Positions 38,875 to 52,038 of a stretch of DNA of 64,000 bases are shown piece after piece. A model generated the notes under the pieces. The model made no database searches and was not told where the DNA came from. It was given only the letters and a program-made list of their open reading frames with translations. The DNA comes from Malacoraja senta (Eukaryota), in contig CM075978.1 of the NCBI GenBank assembly GCA_038087875.1, forward strand, positions 78,616,001 through 78,680,000, given 5' to 3'. Positions within the stretch are counted from its first letter, which is position 1; the number at the start of each line of letters is the position of its first letter. The translations under genes and the position numbers were made by a program.

Positions 38875-39000
38875 GTAGGAAAGAACTGCAGATGCTGGTT
38901 TAAATCGAAGATAGACACAAAATGCTGGAGTAACTCAGTGGGACAAGCAGCATCTCTGCAGAGAAGGAATGGGTGATGTTTTTTGGGTCAAGACCCTTCT
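38875..39000 (-). mobile_element. PLE-derived module with a mutated hammerhead core, 33 nt upstream of an EML6 acceptor
   Basis: Near-identical to 31601-31733 outside the core. Confidence 0.85.
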
Positions 39001-39891
39001 ATGCAGGCCACAACATTCTGGTTAACGAAGTCACAGACATAGGTAGGGCATGCATACTAAAGATCTGGTATCCCAATACCAGGAGTAACAGAAATCACAA
39101 TGGAAGGCAGCCAAGGAGTCAAGAGTGAAGCTTTGCATATCTGATCCCAGGACCAGAAGATGACAAAATCAAAACAAATTCACTTGGGACTTTTATGAAA
39201 CCCATCTACCATCATGAATAATTCAGGCATACAAATTGAACCATTCTCATCAACATTCTTCATTATTATACATGGATATATAATAAATTTGAACAACAGC
39301 AAATGGGAAGGGAACCCTTCTAATTCTAGCATCTTGGTCCATCACAGGAAAAGGTGCTTGCCAGATAATTATGAATCTGCTTATCCAACTATTACATAAT
39401 GCCCACACCATTCTGTTGCCTTCAACACAGAAAAGTATAACACAGGAACAGAGTCTTTAGCCTATGATGCCAGTGCCGAACATGATGCCAAAGAGAAAGA
39501 CAATGTCTCAATCAAGAAAAGACAATATCAAAACACACATCTGCAAATCTATCAGCCTCATCTATAAACCCATTCACCTGTCTGGGACATATTTGAGCAG
39601 ATGTTATTATTTGTTGATTGCCAAAGTCAAAATTCACTTTTAAATGTGGAGGTATTCATTTAAAATCCAACATTTCTTTATTATTTGAGAAGTTGCAGAC
39701 AGAACTGAATAGCATTATATCAGGGTTAAACAATTACAGTTCTGACTTTATGTTGAAGGGCAGGTAGTTGATGTAGCTTAAGAAAGTTGAGCTCAGCATA
39801 TGGCTATGTGAGCCTCTTGCAGCAAATCCGAGGGCTGAGAATATTGTCTAACTACAATTAAATAAAAATTAGAAAATTAATGCAGATTTTA

Positions 39892-40068
<177 letters not shown>

Positions 40069-41199
40069 TTAGGAAATAGATTATCGCAGTAAAAACAGGT
40101 TAAATTATGATCAATTACAGATTTTAAAAAATGTATAATCTTTAAACAACTTATTTTAAATTGCCAGGAACAATACAATTGTAAAACAAGTAATCTGTTA
40201 AAAAATAATTAATATATCTTTGGCTACTGTAGTAATACTACGAATGTATGAATAGAAGCAAATCATTACATGGTCATAGAAATGTTTAAGCAAAAAAATT
40301 GAAGAACATCTTATCAAACATTATACCCTTCATAAAACCTACTTATAACTAAACATACCAACAAAAATAATTGTACAGAATTGTCAAAGATGAATGAAAA
40401 CACCTGATTAGGTATTGATGCAAAAAATTCTGGAAATAAGAAAAATGGGCAAGTTGGTAATATGTTCAACCCAAATTAGGAAAGCATGATGGAAAAATAG
40501 GCAATTGAATTACCTTCACAGAGTGAAGGTAATTCAAATATCATGTTACGAGAAACAATAAATAGACGTAGGAAATGTTCGGATTACAAGGCATAAATAA
40601 CAGAAGTAAAGATAAACATAAGAGGTTGTAGACCAGGCTAAGACCAATAAAACCACTTTATTTCAAAAATGTAAAATCTGCATGTAAAGATTGTGTCGCA
40701 GGATATAGAAAGCCTGTAGATGCTGTGAATCATTGTAGCATTTGGGTTCCGTCAACATTTTCCTGTATTTAAGGCTGTTTGGCCTTAAATTAACAGATAT
40801 TTGAAAAAACCTGCCACTGCTCCAAGAGATTTTCTTTGTGTGCCATCCTAATCCGAGCTGTAATTAACAAGGCAACTGGGCCCCTTGTGAAAGTCAGATT
40901 TAGGGTACGGGGCAAATACATAATTCCCTCCAATAGGTAGGACTATAATCAAGCCTATTTCTTATTTCTAAAGCATCGCTATAAAGTGCAGCATCACCAG
41001 AATTTTCACCAGTGCTTCCACCAGTTGCTTACTCATTAATATGTCTTTTTTCACATTATTGCTTTCATCATATGAAATTTGTGACTAGTTGGGCGTTTGC
41101 AAGCAGAAGAGGTATGTTGGACAAAAATATTGGTTTTGACCCCAAATAATTGATAAACTAATATATTCTTGTCATCCTTGCAAAATACCACAAGATTTA

Positions 41200-41620
41200 C
41201 CACAATATTTCATCAAATACGAATGTCTTGGCCTTCACCAATCTCAAGTAGTGTGGTTTATACCCCGTGCTCTTTTGGTGAGAAACTATTCCTCATGATT
41301 CTTCTCATACTTCTATAGATTAAAGTACATCATTGATATCTTTGGTAAGAAAACTGTTTATCTTCTACATCCCTTATGGGTTTCTTAATATTATGGACTT
41401 CAATTAAATCTCCCATCATTCTCCTTTGCTTCAAAGAAGGCCATAGCCGAATCATCATTCAGCATTTATTATATACACAAAGGTTTTTTCTGCATCCTCT
41501 CATCCAATCACATTCTTCCTCGGAATTGTATAGTGTACTCCAATGTGGTCTAAAAAAATGTTATATTAATTCCAGCATTGCCTACCAGCTTGCCTAAAGG
41601 CAAGGCCTTTAAGGACTTGT
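41200..41620 (-). mobile_element. Ancient CR1 remnant
   Basis: GTACTCCAATGTGGTCTAA (antisense of RPHLEY) and decayed flanks; limits approximate. Confidence 0.5.
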
Positions 41621-43279
41621 GGATATGCATTTGTTTCTTATTATACTTATTTTCATTTTTATTCAGCTTGTTTGTCTTCCCATATACATTTATCTGTGAA
41701 GGAGGCTAGTGTTGACAGAGTGAATGTATCAATTCACATTCCAGGATGCTCGATAATGACATGCATGATGCATAGTATATGATTGCAACCAGCTGGATAT
41801 TGAAGTGCAATTCCTTCTAGTTACTGAACATCTGAATTTACATGGTCTAGCATTTTCATATTGTTCAACAGCTCTAATCTTAATTGTAATTTCTATTAAT
41901 CCCTCAACAGCAGATGTTAGTCTTATTAGTCTATAATTCATTGGTTTCTCTCTAACCTTTCATGAATTATGGAGATATTCAATTTCCTGACCTAAAGGGT
42001 TAATTCCTGAAGGGAGTGTGCTTAGGGAGATGGTAACTAGAACATTTGCAATGTTCACACAAATTACCGTTAAAATAATATGTGTTTAGAAATGTATCAC
42101 TCCTGGAATACTTTTACTTACTCAATTACTGTTATTTTACTTATGCAAGTCCCTACTCCTAATATAGTATTAGAATGCACTTTCAGCTCCAATACAGATG
42201 AAAATTAATCAACGCGTTTGTGAGGTCCTTATTTTCATTTACAATATTACAATTGTTTTTTAAGAACACTTTCAATTTTCTAATATAGTTGCAAAAGTGT
42301 TATTTTCATTATCCCTTGCAAGTTCCTGTATTCATGTTGCACTTTGTTTCTTTCCCAATCAGGACAATGCTATATTTATTTAGGCTTTTGAATGCTTTTT
42401 CTCTTAGTTTTTAGTTTTCTTTTTACTCTGTTATCCTTAGCTTTATTTGGCAAGCAGAACTCCAGCTGTGTAGGGATATAAATTGGTTCTGCATATGATT
42501 ATTTAATTTATTGAGCAATTTCTATCTATCTTTTCTTTGGAACAACAACATTTGTGCCCATTTAAACTGCATTGTTTTATCCCAACCCATTAAAAGGGAG
42601 CCTAACACAATTTATAAAATTAAGTTCCGTTCAAGATTTGACAGCAACTATTGATCAGTATAGCAAACAGTGAAAACACAATAATGCCAAAACCAGTTGC
42701 TCACTAATAATAAACAAAGTTGACAGATCATGAATGGTAACATAATTCTCACTACAAATTTAAATTGACCAATAAAGTATTCAGTTCCATTGCTTATTAT
42801 AAACTGTTTTACATTTAGAATTTGCTTCTTCATTCCACCTCTTCCAGGTGGACAGCAGTTACCTTCTTTCAAGAACGTTCATCTATTTCACATCACTTCC
42901 ATATTATGGAGGGTTTGATTCTCTTTTGTATCCCTTCTATTTGATTTGTATCCCTTACTAGTTGCTTTCAATTTCTTTCATTGTTCCTTATATTACTCCA
43001 TCAGGTTGATTTGTATGAATGTTTGGATTCATACGTTTAACATTTTAGGTTGATACATCTAACTTATTTTGTGAAAATAATTGCTTAATTCCATTAGGGA
43101 AGTTCTTGCACATTTAACATATGGACATCCTCAATAGTCATCAATAAATCCAAATGACTTTTTATCTTGTTGAATCAATGGCATTGTGTTCCAGAGCAGC
43201 TTGTTGAATTATTTTCCTTCTCCATCCTCTGTTAATTGGTAATTCTGCTGTATTTTATGCTTATTTGTCGTGAAAACTT

Positions 43280-43579
43280 GTACACGGCTTGTACACTCTG
43301 GAGTTTAGAAGGATGAGAGGGAATCTCATTGAAACATATAAGATTGTTAAGGGCTTGGACACACTAGAGGCAGGAAACATGTTCCCGATGTTGGGGGAGT
43401 CCAGAACCAGGGGGGCATAGTTTGAGAATAAGGAGTAGGCCATTTAAAACGGAGACGAGGAAACCCTTTTTCTCACAGAGAGTGGTGAGTCTGTGGAATT
43501 CTCAGCCATGATCACATTGAACAGCTGGCTCGAAGGGCCAAATGGCCTACTCCTGCACCTATTGTCTATTGTCTATTGT
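43280..43579 (+). mobile_element. CR1 3' fragment with an (ATTGTCT)n tail
   Basis: GLYTLEFRRMRGNLIETYKI, MFPMLGESRTRG. Confidence 0.9.
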
Positions 43580-43709
43580 TAAAAACCTACACTCTACGTA
43601 GAATGCTCACCAACATGCACATCTCACAACTGAGAGAAATTCAGTTACTGTGGAATACTGAAGATATGAAATAAGAAAGATTGTTTTGTACATGTCATGT
43701 TAATGCTCA

Positions 43710-44039
<330 letters not shown>

Positions 44040-44490
44040 TCATTTTATAAGAGTTTGCAGTATTGGCATGATGTGAAAGTCACGCAATATAGACGCAGCG
44101 AGACTCGTGTAAATATTAAAATATATCCAAAAATTAAATAACAATGTATCATAAAACTAAAACTTTGTGCTGATACTGAATGGACAATCAAAACATTTTG
44201 AAAGCTATTTGCCGTCCATCTGTAATAAAATGAAAATATAGTCACTTGCTTCACAAGTGATAAATTCACTCTACTGTTACAAAAAAAGTTAACACTGGTA
44301 CCACCTTTATGGGAATAGTCTTAATATATTCTGCTGCTTAGACTTGATGTTTTCATAATTTTAAAAGGTATTACTCATGTTAATATATCTGCGTCTAATG
44401 TCTAAAACATACAAAATATGAACTTATACTTTTAACTAATTACCCATTTTATACATACTTTTAGCTAATTGGTATCCATTTTTACACTGT

Positions 44491-44809
44491 GGGCGGCAAG
44501 GTGGTGCAGTGGTAGAGTTGCTGCCTTACAGTGCTAGACACCCGGGTTCGATCCTGACAGTGGGTGCTTGTCTGTACGGAGTCTGAACGTTCTCCCCGAG
44601 ACCTGCATGGGTTTTCTCCGGGATCTCTGGTTTCATCCCACACTCCAGATGTACGGATTTGTAGATTAACTGGCTTGGTACAATTGTAGAATAGTGTGTG
44701 TAGGATAGTGTCCCAGTGTGTGTAGGATAGAGTAAGTGTGCGGGGATCGCTGGTCAACGCGGACTCAGTGGGCAAAGGGCCTGTCTCCGCGTTGTATCTC
44801 TAAACTAAA
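44491..44809 (+). mobile_element. Full-length HE1/V-SINE
   Basis: A-box TGGTGCAGTGG, B-box GGTTCGATCC, central domain and CTAAA tail. Confidence 0.9.
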
Positions 44810-46298
44810 TGTTAATTAATGCAAGATAATTATCATCTTATCAAAAAAAGGATCATCTTATCAAAAGATGAAACCGAGCTTTATTATATCTAGATTGAAT
44901 CTTGATCCTTTCATGATTTACAGGTAGATTTGCTATGGCGCGATAGTTGTGTTGGTAAGAATCCTTGTTTTATAGAAAATAGTGTCAGAAAAATAATTGT
45001 GTCATTGAGCAAAGGGGGTACAAAGGCTGAAGATTTTCAGACTTGAAATGACTTTTTTCCCTGCAGGATTTCCAAATTTAATAGTCTTTTTAATAACCAA
45101 GTTTAGTTTTTATTACTGCAAGCTATAAATACTAAGGCCTATATTTTGTTTAATAGACTGATTTTGCAGAAATGTCACGATCGCTTGTCAATTTCAATGA
45201 CAACCCACAGTGTCCTATCACTGCGGGGAGTCTACATAGAAACATTTCTTGTGCTTGGCCATTTCCAAACTAACTTTAAATGGTTCTCTAGTTCACGATC
45301 AAAGTCATGTTATAATTAACTAGGCACATGAAATACAAATAATGTTCCCTAATTCATCAATCGCATTATATTGAATTTGCGTAGTGGAAACACACATTAT
45401 GGAAGAACTTTATTGGTAATTCTTCAATTACACGTATTGGTAACCCCCGCTTCCCTTATAGATTTTCATACCTTACAACAAGGATATTCTGCCTAGGGTA
45501 GGAAATCCTTGGAGAGATTTTGTAATGTCAATACATGACAATATTGGATACACAGTGACCACTCTCGGTCCAAAATAATGCTCAAAGTTTTGGAGCATAC
45601 TTATCAAAATAATTGCAAGAAAAAAGACAATACATTGAAACCTCAGGTACTGATAGTAAAAATATAATGACAGAAGAACAAGAAGTATGGTATTATAAAT
45701 ATTAGCCACATGATACATTGGAGAGGGTTAAAATAAAGAATTGGGGAACATTTTTGAACTTGATAAATATGCAGCTGTCACGTTTTTAGTTAAAAGATAG
45801 CAGCAGATCACATGGCATGTAGGCCATTTTGGGGAGATGGAATATTTCACATAATTCTCCCTTACTAATTAGAAGCCTTACTTGTACAGTCGCTCCACTG
45901 CAAAAGATAGTGACAACAAATCACTTCATTTTGCAGGTGCTGCCTAACCGGCTGAGTGTTTCCAGCATTTTCTGTTTTTATTTCAAAGACTAGTTGTAAA
46001 ATGCATAGAAATATCCTGTGATTGTAAAAGACAATATAAATCCAAGCCTTCCCTATCCATGTACCAGTTCTAGTGTAATTTTAAACTTCAATAGTTGCCG
46101 GCTGGGTTTCAAAGAATTCAAGAAATATAATGATAAAATGAAGACCAAGTCACTCTGCTCCAAAAGACAACTGTGTGTTAGGGTCTTTGTTAAGAGCCAG
46201 GAACTGGAACTGCCAAATTGAAGCCTGGTGTCATTGTGATTGGGCAACTCCTTCCTCATACGATGGATTTGATTTCACAATAAGCGACAGCCCAATTA

Positions 46299-49200
46299 AA
46301 GTAAGTAAGTTTATTGGCCAAGTATTCACATACAAGGAATTTGCCTTGGTGCTCCGCCCACAAGTAACAACATGACATACAGTGACAGTTACGAATGACT
46401 CAGAAAATACTAAACATTAATAATAATAAAACATTAATGATAAAACACCATTGATCAAGCATGTGAACCAACAAAATACCAGATCAACGGAAGGCTACAG
46501 ATTTTTGACTGTTGAGTAGAGCAACTACTTGTGGATAAAAACTGTTTTTATGTCTGGCTGTGGCAGCTTAGATACATAGATACATAGAAAATAGGTGCAG
46601 GAGTAGGCCATTCAGCCCTTCGAGCCTGCACCGCCATTCAATATGATCATGGCTGATCATCCAACTCAGTATCCCGTACCTGCCTTCTCTCCATACCCCC
46701 TGATCCCCTTAGCCACAAGGGCCATATCTAACTCCCTCTTAAATATAGCCAATGAACTGGCCTCAACTACCCTCTGTGGCAGAGAGTTCCAGAGATTCAC
46801 CACTCTCTGTGTGAAAAAGTTTTTCCTCATCTCGGTCTTAAAGGATTTCCCTCTTATCCTTAAGCTGTGACCCCTTGTCCTGGACTTCCCCAACATCGGG
46901 AACAATCTTCCTGCATCTAGCCTGTCCAACCCCATAAGAATTTTGTACGTTTCTATAAGATCCCCTCTCAATCTCCTAAATTCTAGCGAGTATAAGCCAA
47001 GTCTATCCAGTCTTTCTTCATATGAAAGTCCTGACATCCCAGGAATCAGTCTGGTGAACCTTCTCTGCACTCCCTCTATGGCTATAATGTCCTTCCTCAG
47101 ATTTGGAGACCAAAACTGTACGCAATACTCCAGGTGTGGTCTCACCAAGACACTGTACAACTGCAGTAGAACCTCCCTGCTCCTATACTCAAATCCTCTT
47201 GCTATGAAGGCCAACATACCATTCGCTTTCTTCACTGCCTGCTGCACCTGCATGCCTACTTTCAATGACTGGTGTACCATGACACCCAGGTCTCGCTGCA
47301 TCTCCCCATTTCCTAATCGGCCACCATTTAGCTTTGACAGTCTGGAGCCTTCCAGAGGGAAGTGATTCAAAGAGTTTGTGGCCAGGGTGAGAGGGGTCAG
47401 AGATGATCTTGCCCGCTCGCTTCCTGGCCCTTGCAGTGTACAGTTCATCAATGGAGGGAAGGTTGCAGCCAATAACCTTCTCTGCTGATCGGACGATTCG
47501 GCCTCCAGGTGTCGTGCTTGGTGGCTGAGCCAAACCAGACCATGATGGAGAAGGTGAGAACAGACTCTATGATGGCCGTGTAGAATTGGACCATCATTGC
47601 CTGTGGCAGATTGTGCTTCCTCAGCTGCCGTAGGAAGTACATCTGTTGTGCCTTTTTGACTGTGGAGTCGATGATAGCCCCTCACTTAAGGTCCTTGGAG
47701 ATGATGGTTCGCAGGAACTTAAAAGGCTCCACAGATGTGACTGTGGTGTTGTTGGTGGTGAGTGGGGTGAGGGGAGGGGGAGCTCTCCTAAAGTCTACAA
47801 TCAATTCCACTGTCTTAAGAGCATTGAGCTCCAGGTTGTTGCGATGGCACCAGGACGCCAGCTGCGACACTTCCTGTCTGTAGGCAGATTCCTCCCCATC
47901 CTGGATCAGTCCAATCAGGGTTGTGTCGTCCGCAAACTTGAGAAGCTTGACAGAGGTGTCTGTGGAGCTGCAGTCGTTGGTGTAGAGGAGAGGAGAAAGT
48001 ACGCAGCCTTGCGGTGCTCCAATGCTGAGTGTTTGCGGGTCAGAGATGTGCTTTCCCAGCCTCACATGCTGCTTCCTGTCTGTCAGGAAGCTGGTGATCC
48101 ACCGACAGAGGGGTTCAGGCACAGTCAACTCGGAAAGTTTGGAGTGTAGTAGCTCTGGCACAATGGTGTTGAATGCAGAGCTAAAATCAACAAACAGGAT
48201 CCTCTCATAGGTCCCCTGGCAGTCTAGGTGCTGTACGATGAAGGGCAGGCCCAGGTTGACTACATCATCCACAGATCTATTGGCCCGATATGCAAACTGC
48301 ATAGGATCCAGCAGGGGGATCGTGATATTTTTCAGCTTGGCCAGCACAAGCCTTTCAAGTGTCTTCATGACTACAGAGGTCAGTGCGACAGGCCTGTAGT
48401 CATTAAGACAAGTAATCCTTGCCTTTTTGGGTACAGGGACAATAGTGGAGACTTTGAAGCAGGCAGGGACAGTACATGTTTGCAGGGACTGGTTTAAAAA
48501 TGTCTGTATAGCCAGCTGTTTGGCACAGAGCTTAAGAGTAGAGGGGGAAACATTGTCGGGTCCTGGAGATTACCGGCTTTTTTGTCTTCTGAAAAGCCTC
48601 TCCATCTCCTCTATTTTTATTGTTGATATTGGATAAGTGATGTAGTGCAGCACAGGGTGTGGGTGATTGGGTGTGAAGTGGTGATTGGAGGGGGGTGTGT
48701 GTAGAAGGGCCCAGTCTTTGCAGACTGACGTCAGGCTGTGAGTGGGTGTGAAGTGTTGGTTGGGGTGGGAAATGGTCCAGTCTTTTCGTACTGGAGTCTT
48801 GACTTAAGTAGGTGTGAAGTGGTGAATGGGAAGGAGAGGGTGCAGGGTCCATTATTTGTAGACTGGGATCTGCCTGTGTTGGTTGGGGAGGAGGTACCAG
48901 GGTTACGTTTCTGATTTTCAAACCTGCAGTAAAACTCATTCAGGTCATTGGTCAGCTGACGATTGTCCAAAGAGCGGGGGGCTTTCCTCTTGTAGCTGAT
49001 AATTTCTTGCAAGCCCTTCCAAACTGAAGAAGAGTCAGTAGCTGAGAACTTGCTCCTCAACTTCTCAGAGTACCTTTCCTTGGCAGCACTGATTCCTCTT
49101 CTCAGCTTGTACTTGGCCTGCCTGTAGAGGTCTGCATCCCCACTCCTGTAGGTCTCCTCTTTAGACCGTCGGAGCTGTCTGAGTTCTGCAGTGAACCAGG

Positions 49201-49666
49201 GGCTGTTGTTGTTGAACCATGTCCGGGTCTAAGTTGGAATGCAACTGTCCTCGCAAAAGCTGACATATGATGATACAGTGTCCATATACTCATCGAGGCT
49301 TGTGGTTGCTTCCCTGAACACATTCCAATCCGTGCACTCAAAGCAGGATTGTAGGTTCTCAATGCCCTCACTTGTCCACCTTTTCGTTGTTCTGACCACA
49401 GGCTTAGCAACTTTTAGTTTCTGCCTGTAGGTCGGAATAAGGTGAACTAGACAATGATCAGAGAGACCCAGACCCGCCTGGGGAACAGAGCGATATGCGT
49501 TCTTGATTGCCGTATAACAGTGATCGAGTGTTCTCTCCCCTCTGGTGGGGCAGATAACCTGAAGTCTGTATTTGGAAGGTCACGGCTGAGGTTAGCTTTG
49601 TTAAAGTCCCCCAAAACAATGACCATGGAGTCCGGGTAGTCACTCTCTACCCTCAGTACCTGGTCA
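46299..49666 (-). mobile_element. Rex1/Babar LINE, 5'-truncated (end of APE endonuclease plus RT), frameshifted, with a nested CR1
   Basis: GDFN, LDHCY and SDH endonuclease motifs; [35 protein letters not shown]; (ACTT)n tail. Confidence 0.93.
46570..47329 (-). mobile_element. Young CR1 3' fragment nested in the Rex element
   Basis: Nearly identical to 15718-16478; AGCTT duplicated at 46565-46569 and 47330-47334. Confidence 0.95.
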
Positions 49667-49676
49667 AATCCTCGAC

Positions 49677-50490
49677 AGACACAAAATGCTGGAGTAACTC
49701 AGCGTGACAGGCTGAGAGATAAGGAATGGGTGATGTTTCGGGTTCGAGACTCTTCTTCAGACTGATGTCAGGGGAGTGGGTGGTACAGAGATAAAATGTA
49801 GTTGGAGACAGTAAGAGAGAAGGTAGGAGAACTGGGGAGGGGATGGAGAGAGAGGGAAAGCAAGGGCTACTTGAAGTTAGAGAAGTCAATGTTCATACTG
49901 CAGGGGTGTAAGCTACCCAAGCAAAACCCAAGGTGCCGTTCCTCCAGTTTGCTCTGAGCCTCACTCTGACAATGGAGGAGGCCCAGGACAGAAAGGGCAG
50001 TGTGGGAATGTGAGGGGGAGTTGAGCAACTGGGAGATCAGGTAGGTTTAGGCAGACTGAGCGGAACGATCGCCGATCCTGCGCTTGGTCTTGCCGATATA
50101 CTGGAGTCCACACCTGGAACAGCGGATACAGTAGATGAGGTTGGAGGAGGTGCAAGTGAACCTCTACTTCACCTGAAAAGACTGTCGGGGTCCTTGGACG
50201 TAGTCGAGGGGGGAGGTATAGGGGCAAGTGTTGTATTTCTTGCGATTGCTGGGGAAAGTACGTGGGGATGGGGTGGTTTGGGTGGGAAGGGACGAGTTGA
50301 CCAGGGAATTGCGGAGGGAACAGTCTATGCGTAAAACAGAAAGGCGTGGAGATGGGAAGATGTGGCTAGTAGTGGGATTCCTTTGGAGGTGACGAAAATG
50401 TCGGAGGATTATGTGCTGTAAGTGACGGCTGATGGGATGGAAGCTGAGGACAAGAGGGACTCTGTCCTTATTATGAATGGGGGGAGGGGG
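49677..50490 (-). mobile_element. Penelope-like element 3' fragment (GIY-YIG and 3' module with a mutated hammerhead)
   Basis: FTCTSSNLIYCIRCSRCGLQYIGKTKRRIGDR; core CTGAAGA-AGAGTCTCGAACCC-GAAA-CATC. Confidence 0.9.
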
Positions 50491-50745
50491 AATTAAAAAT
50501 CCTCCAAGCTTTGACCTTCAGCTGCCTGTCCCACCAAGTATACCCACCACCTGAGTGAAAAAGATGCCCCTGAGTTCCCATGAAATCTTCCTTTTCTCAC
50601 CTTAAACCTATGTCCTCTGGATAAAAGACTCTGTGTATCCACCCTATCTATAAGATCACCATTAAGCCTCATGTGTGCAAAGGAATAAGGTTCCAGCCTC
50701 CCCAGCTATTCCCTATAGCTCAGGCCGAGTCCCGAGATCTGACTC

Positions 50746-50863
50746 AGTCTGAAGAAGGGTCTCGACACTCCTTCTATCCAGAGATGCAGCCTGTCCCGCT
50801 GAGTTACTCCAACAATTTGCATCTATCATTGGTGTAAACCAGCATCTGCAGTTCCCTCCTACA
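50746..50863 (+). mobile_element. PLE-derived module with GAAACGTC deleted
   Basis: AGTCTGAAGAAGGGTCTCGAC joined directly to the downstream tail. Confidence 0.8.
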
Positions 50864-51024
50864 TATTTAAAACCTTGTGTTTTTTTTTAATCTTGGAGGA
50901 TGCAGATCTACGAGGATACAAATGTAAACCTTAATCATCTACCATCAGTCTTGGGCCAAGTAGTTCTTTTTCTTTCCTCACCCAACCCAAAGATATTTGG
51001 AGACTCTTACACCTGGATATAGAC

Positions 51025-51479
51025 CAGGGGTCTGTAGCCTTGTTCTGCATAGGGACTGGGACTCATGTAGGTGAGCGAATGGCGGGCCACATCTATCACA
51101 TGTAAACATGGATCCCGCACCCATCCTGCCCCGAAAGGCAGGCATCAAATCACGTGTTCACAGAAGGTAGACAAAAATGCTGGAGAAACTCAGCAGGGGA
51201 GGCAGCCTCATGCAATCCTTGCATGTCTCACCCGCTGAATTTCTCCTGCATTTTTGTCTACCTTCGATTTTTACAGCATCTGCAGTTCTTTCTTAAACGT
51301 GTTCACAGAAGGTGTGTGGCCGTGCCGGCAGCTTTGCGCAGGATGCGGTACAGCCAGAGCTCGGCCGCTGCTCGGGGCGCCCGGCGCCTGATTATAGGGG
51401 GAAAAAATCCACCTGCGGGCCGGATGATTTCGGGTTACAGGCCGCATTCGGCCCGGGGGCTGTAGGTTGCTGACCCCTG
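51025..51479. mobile_element. hAT (Charlie-like) MITE with a nested PLE-derived hairpin (~51163-51296)
   Basis: CAGGGGTC...GACCCCTG termini; perfect 8-bp TSD ATATAGAC (51017-51024, 51480-51487). Confidence 0.9.
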
Positions 51480-52038
51480 ATATAGACAGTGGCAGATTTG
51501 ACAGCCATCATGGGAAAAAAAAACTATTGTCAGCTGTGGTAACAAGACAACCCAAGGTCTGAAAAAGTTCTTCCTAATTCTGGGCAACATTCCACATTCA
51601 TTTTCTTATCAAATATCGCAACATTCCTTGTGACCAAACCAAACAAGAAATCAACATCAGAAATTATCACTCAATGCCTGGGTCGAGTTATTCATCTACC
51701 CCCTGGTTAATTAACACAGCTACTACCAAGCAAAACCAAGCTAGGTTGGTAGACCTCAGCCCAACAGAGCCCAAAACCAGTGCTTCAGCAGGAAATAATA
51801 TCAATTTTACTTCAGAGTCACGTTAGTGACTACGTGAAGAAGACCCCGTCCAGCCGCACACGCGTCATATCGATCAGACGCATAGCGTTCATGACCGTGT
51901 GTGGAGGAGCAGGAGCTCCTCCAGGCATTGAGTAAAGCAAAGTTAAAGTAAAAGTCAGAAGGTAAGTGGTTTCACTTTCACTTACAGGGCGTTTTTCTTC
52001 CCGCTCAGACTTGTTGGTAGAGGTCCACACAAGTTACA

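Noticed and set aside
40640-41000. Possible conserved non-coding enhancer (TAATCC, TAATTA, CCTTGT motifs)
   Set aside because: Short motifs alone are not evidence; it needs a cross-species alignment that I cannot run.
44491-44570. tRNA gene
   Set aside because: The A and B boxes belong to a SINE head that continues into the SINE body and tail; five such copies are present.
46666-47685. 339-aa ORF as a novel chimeric gene
   Set aside because: It is off-frame Rex sequence joined by chance to the ORF2 tail of a nested CR1 (AGCTT duplication marks the insertion); it lacks the RT catalytic motif.
51805-51815. Splice acceptor TTTTACTTCAG at the DIRS left end, suggesting whole-element back-splicing
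   Set aside because: The ICR copy reads TTTTACTTTGGAG, implying ancestral TTCGGAG with CpG decay in both copies, so the CAG is probably a post-insertion mutation.
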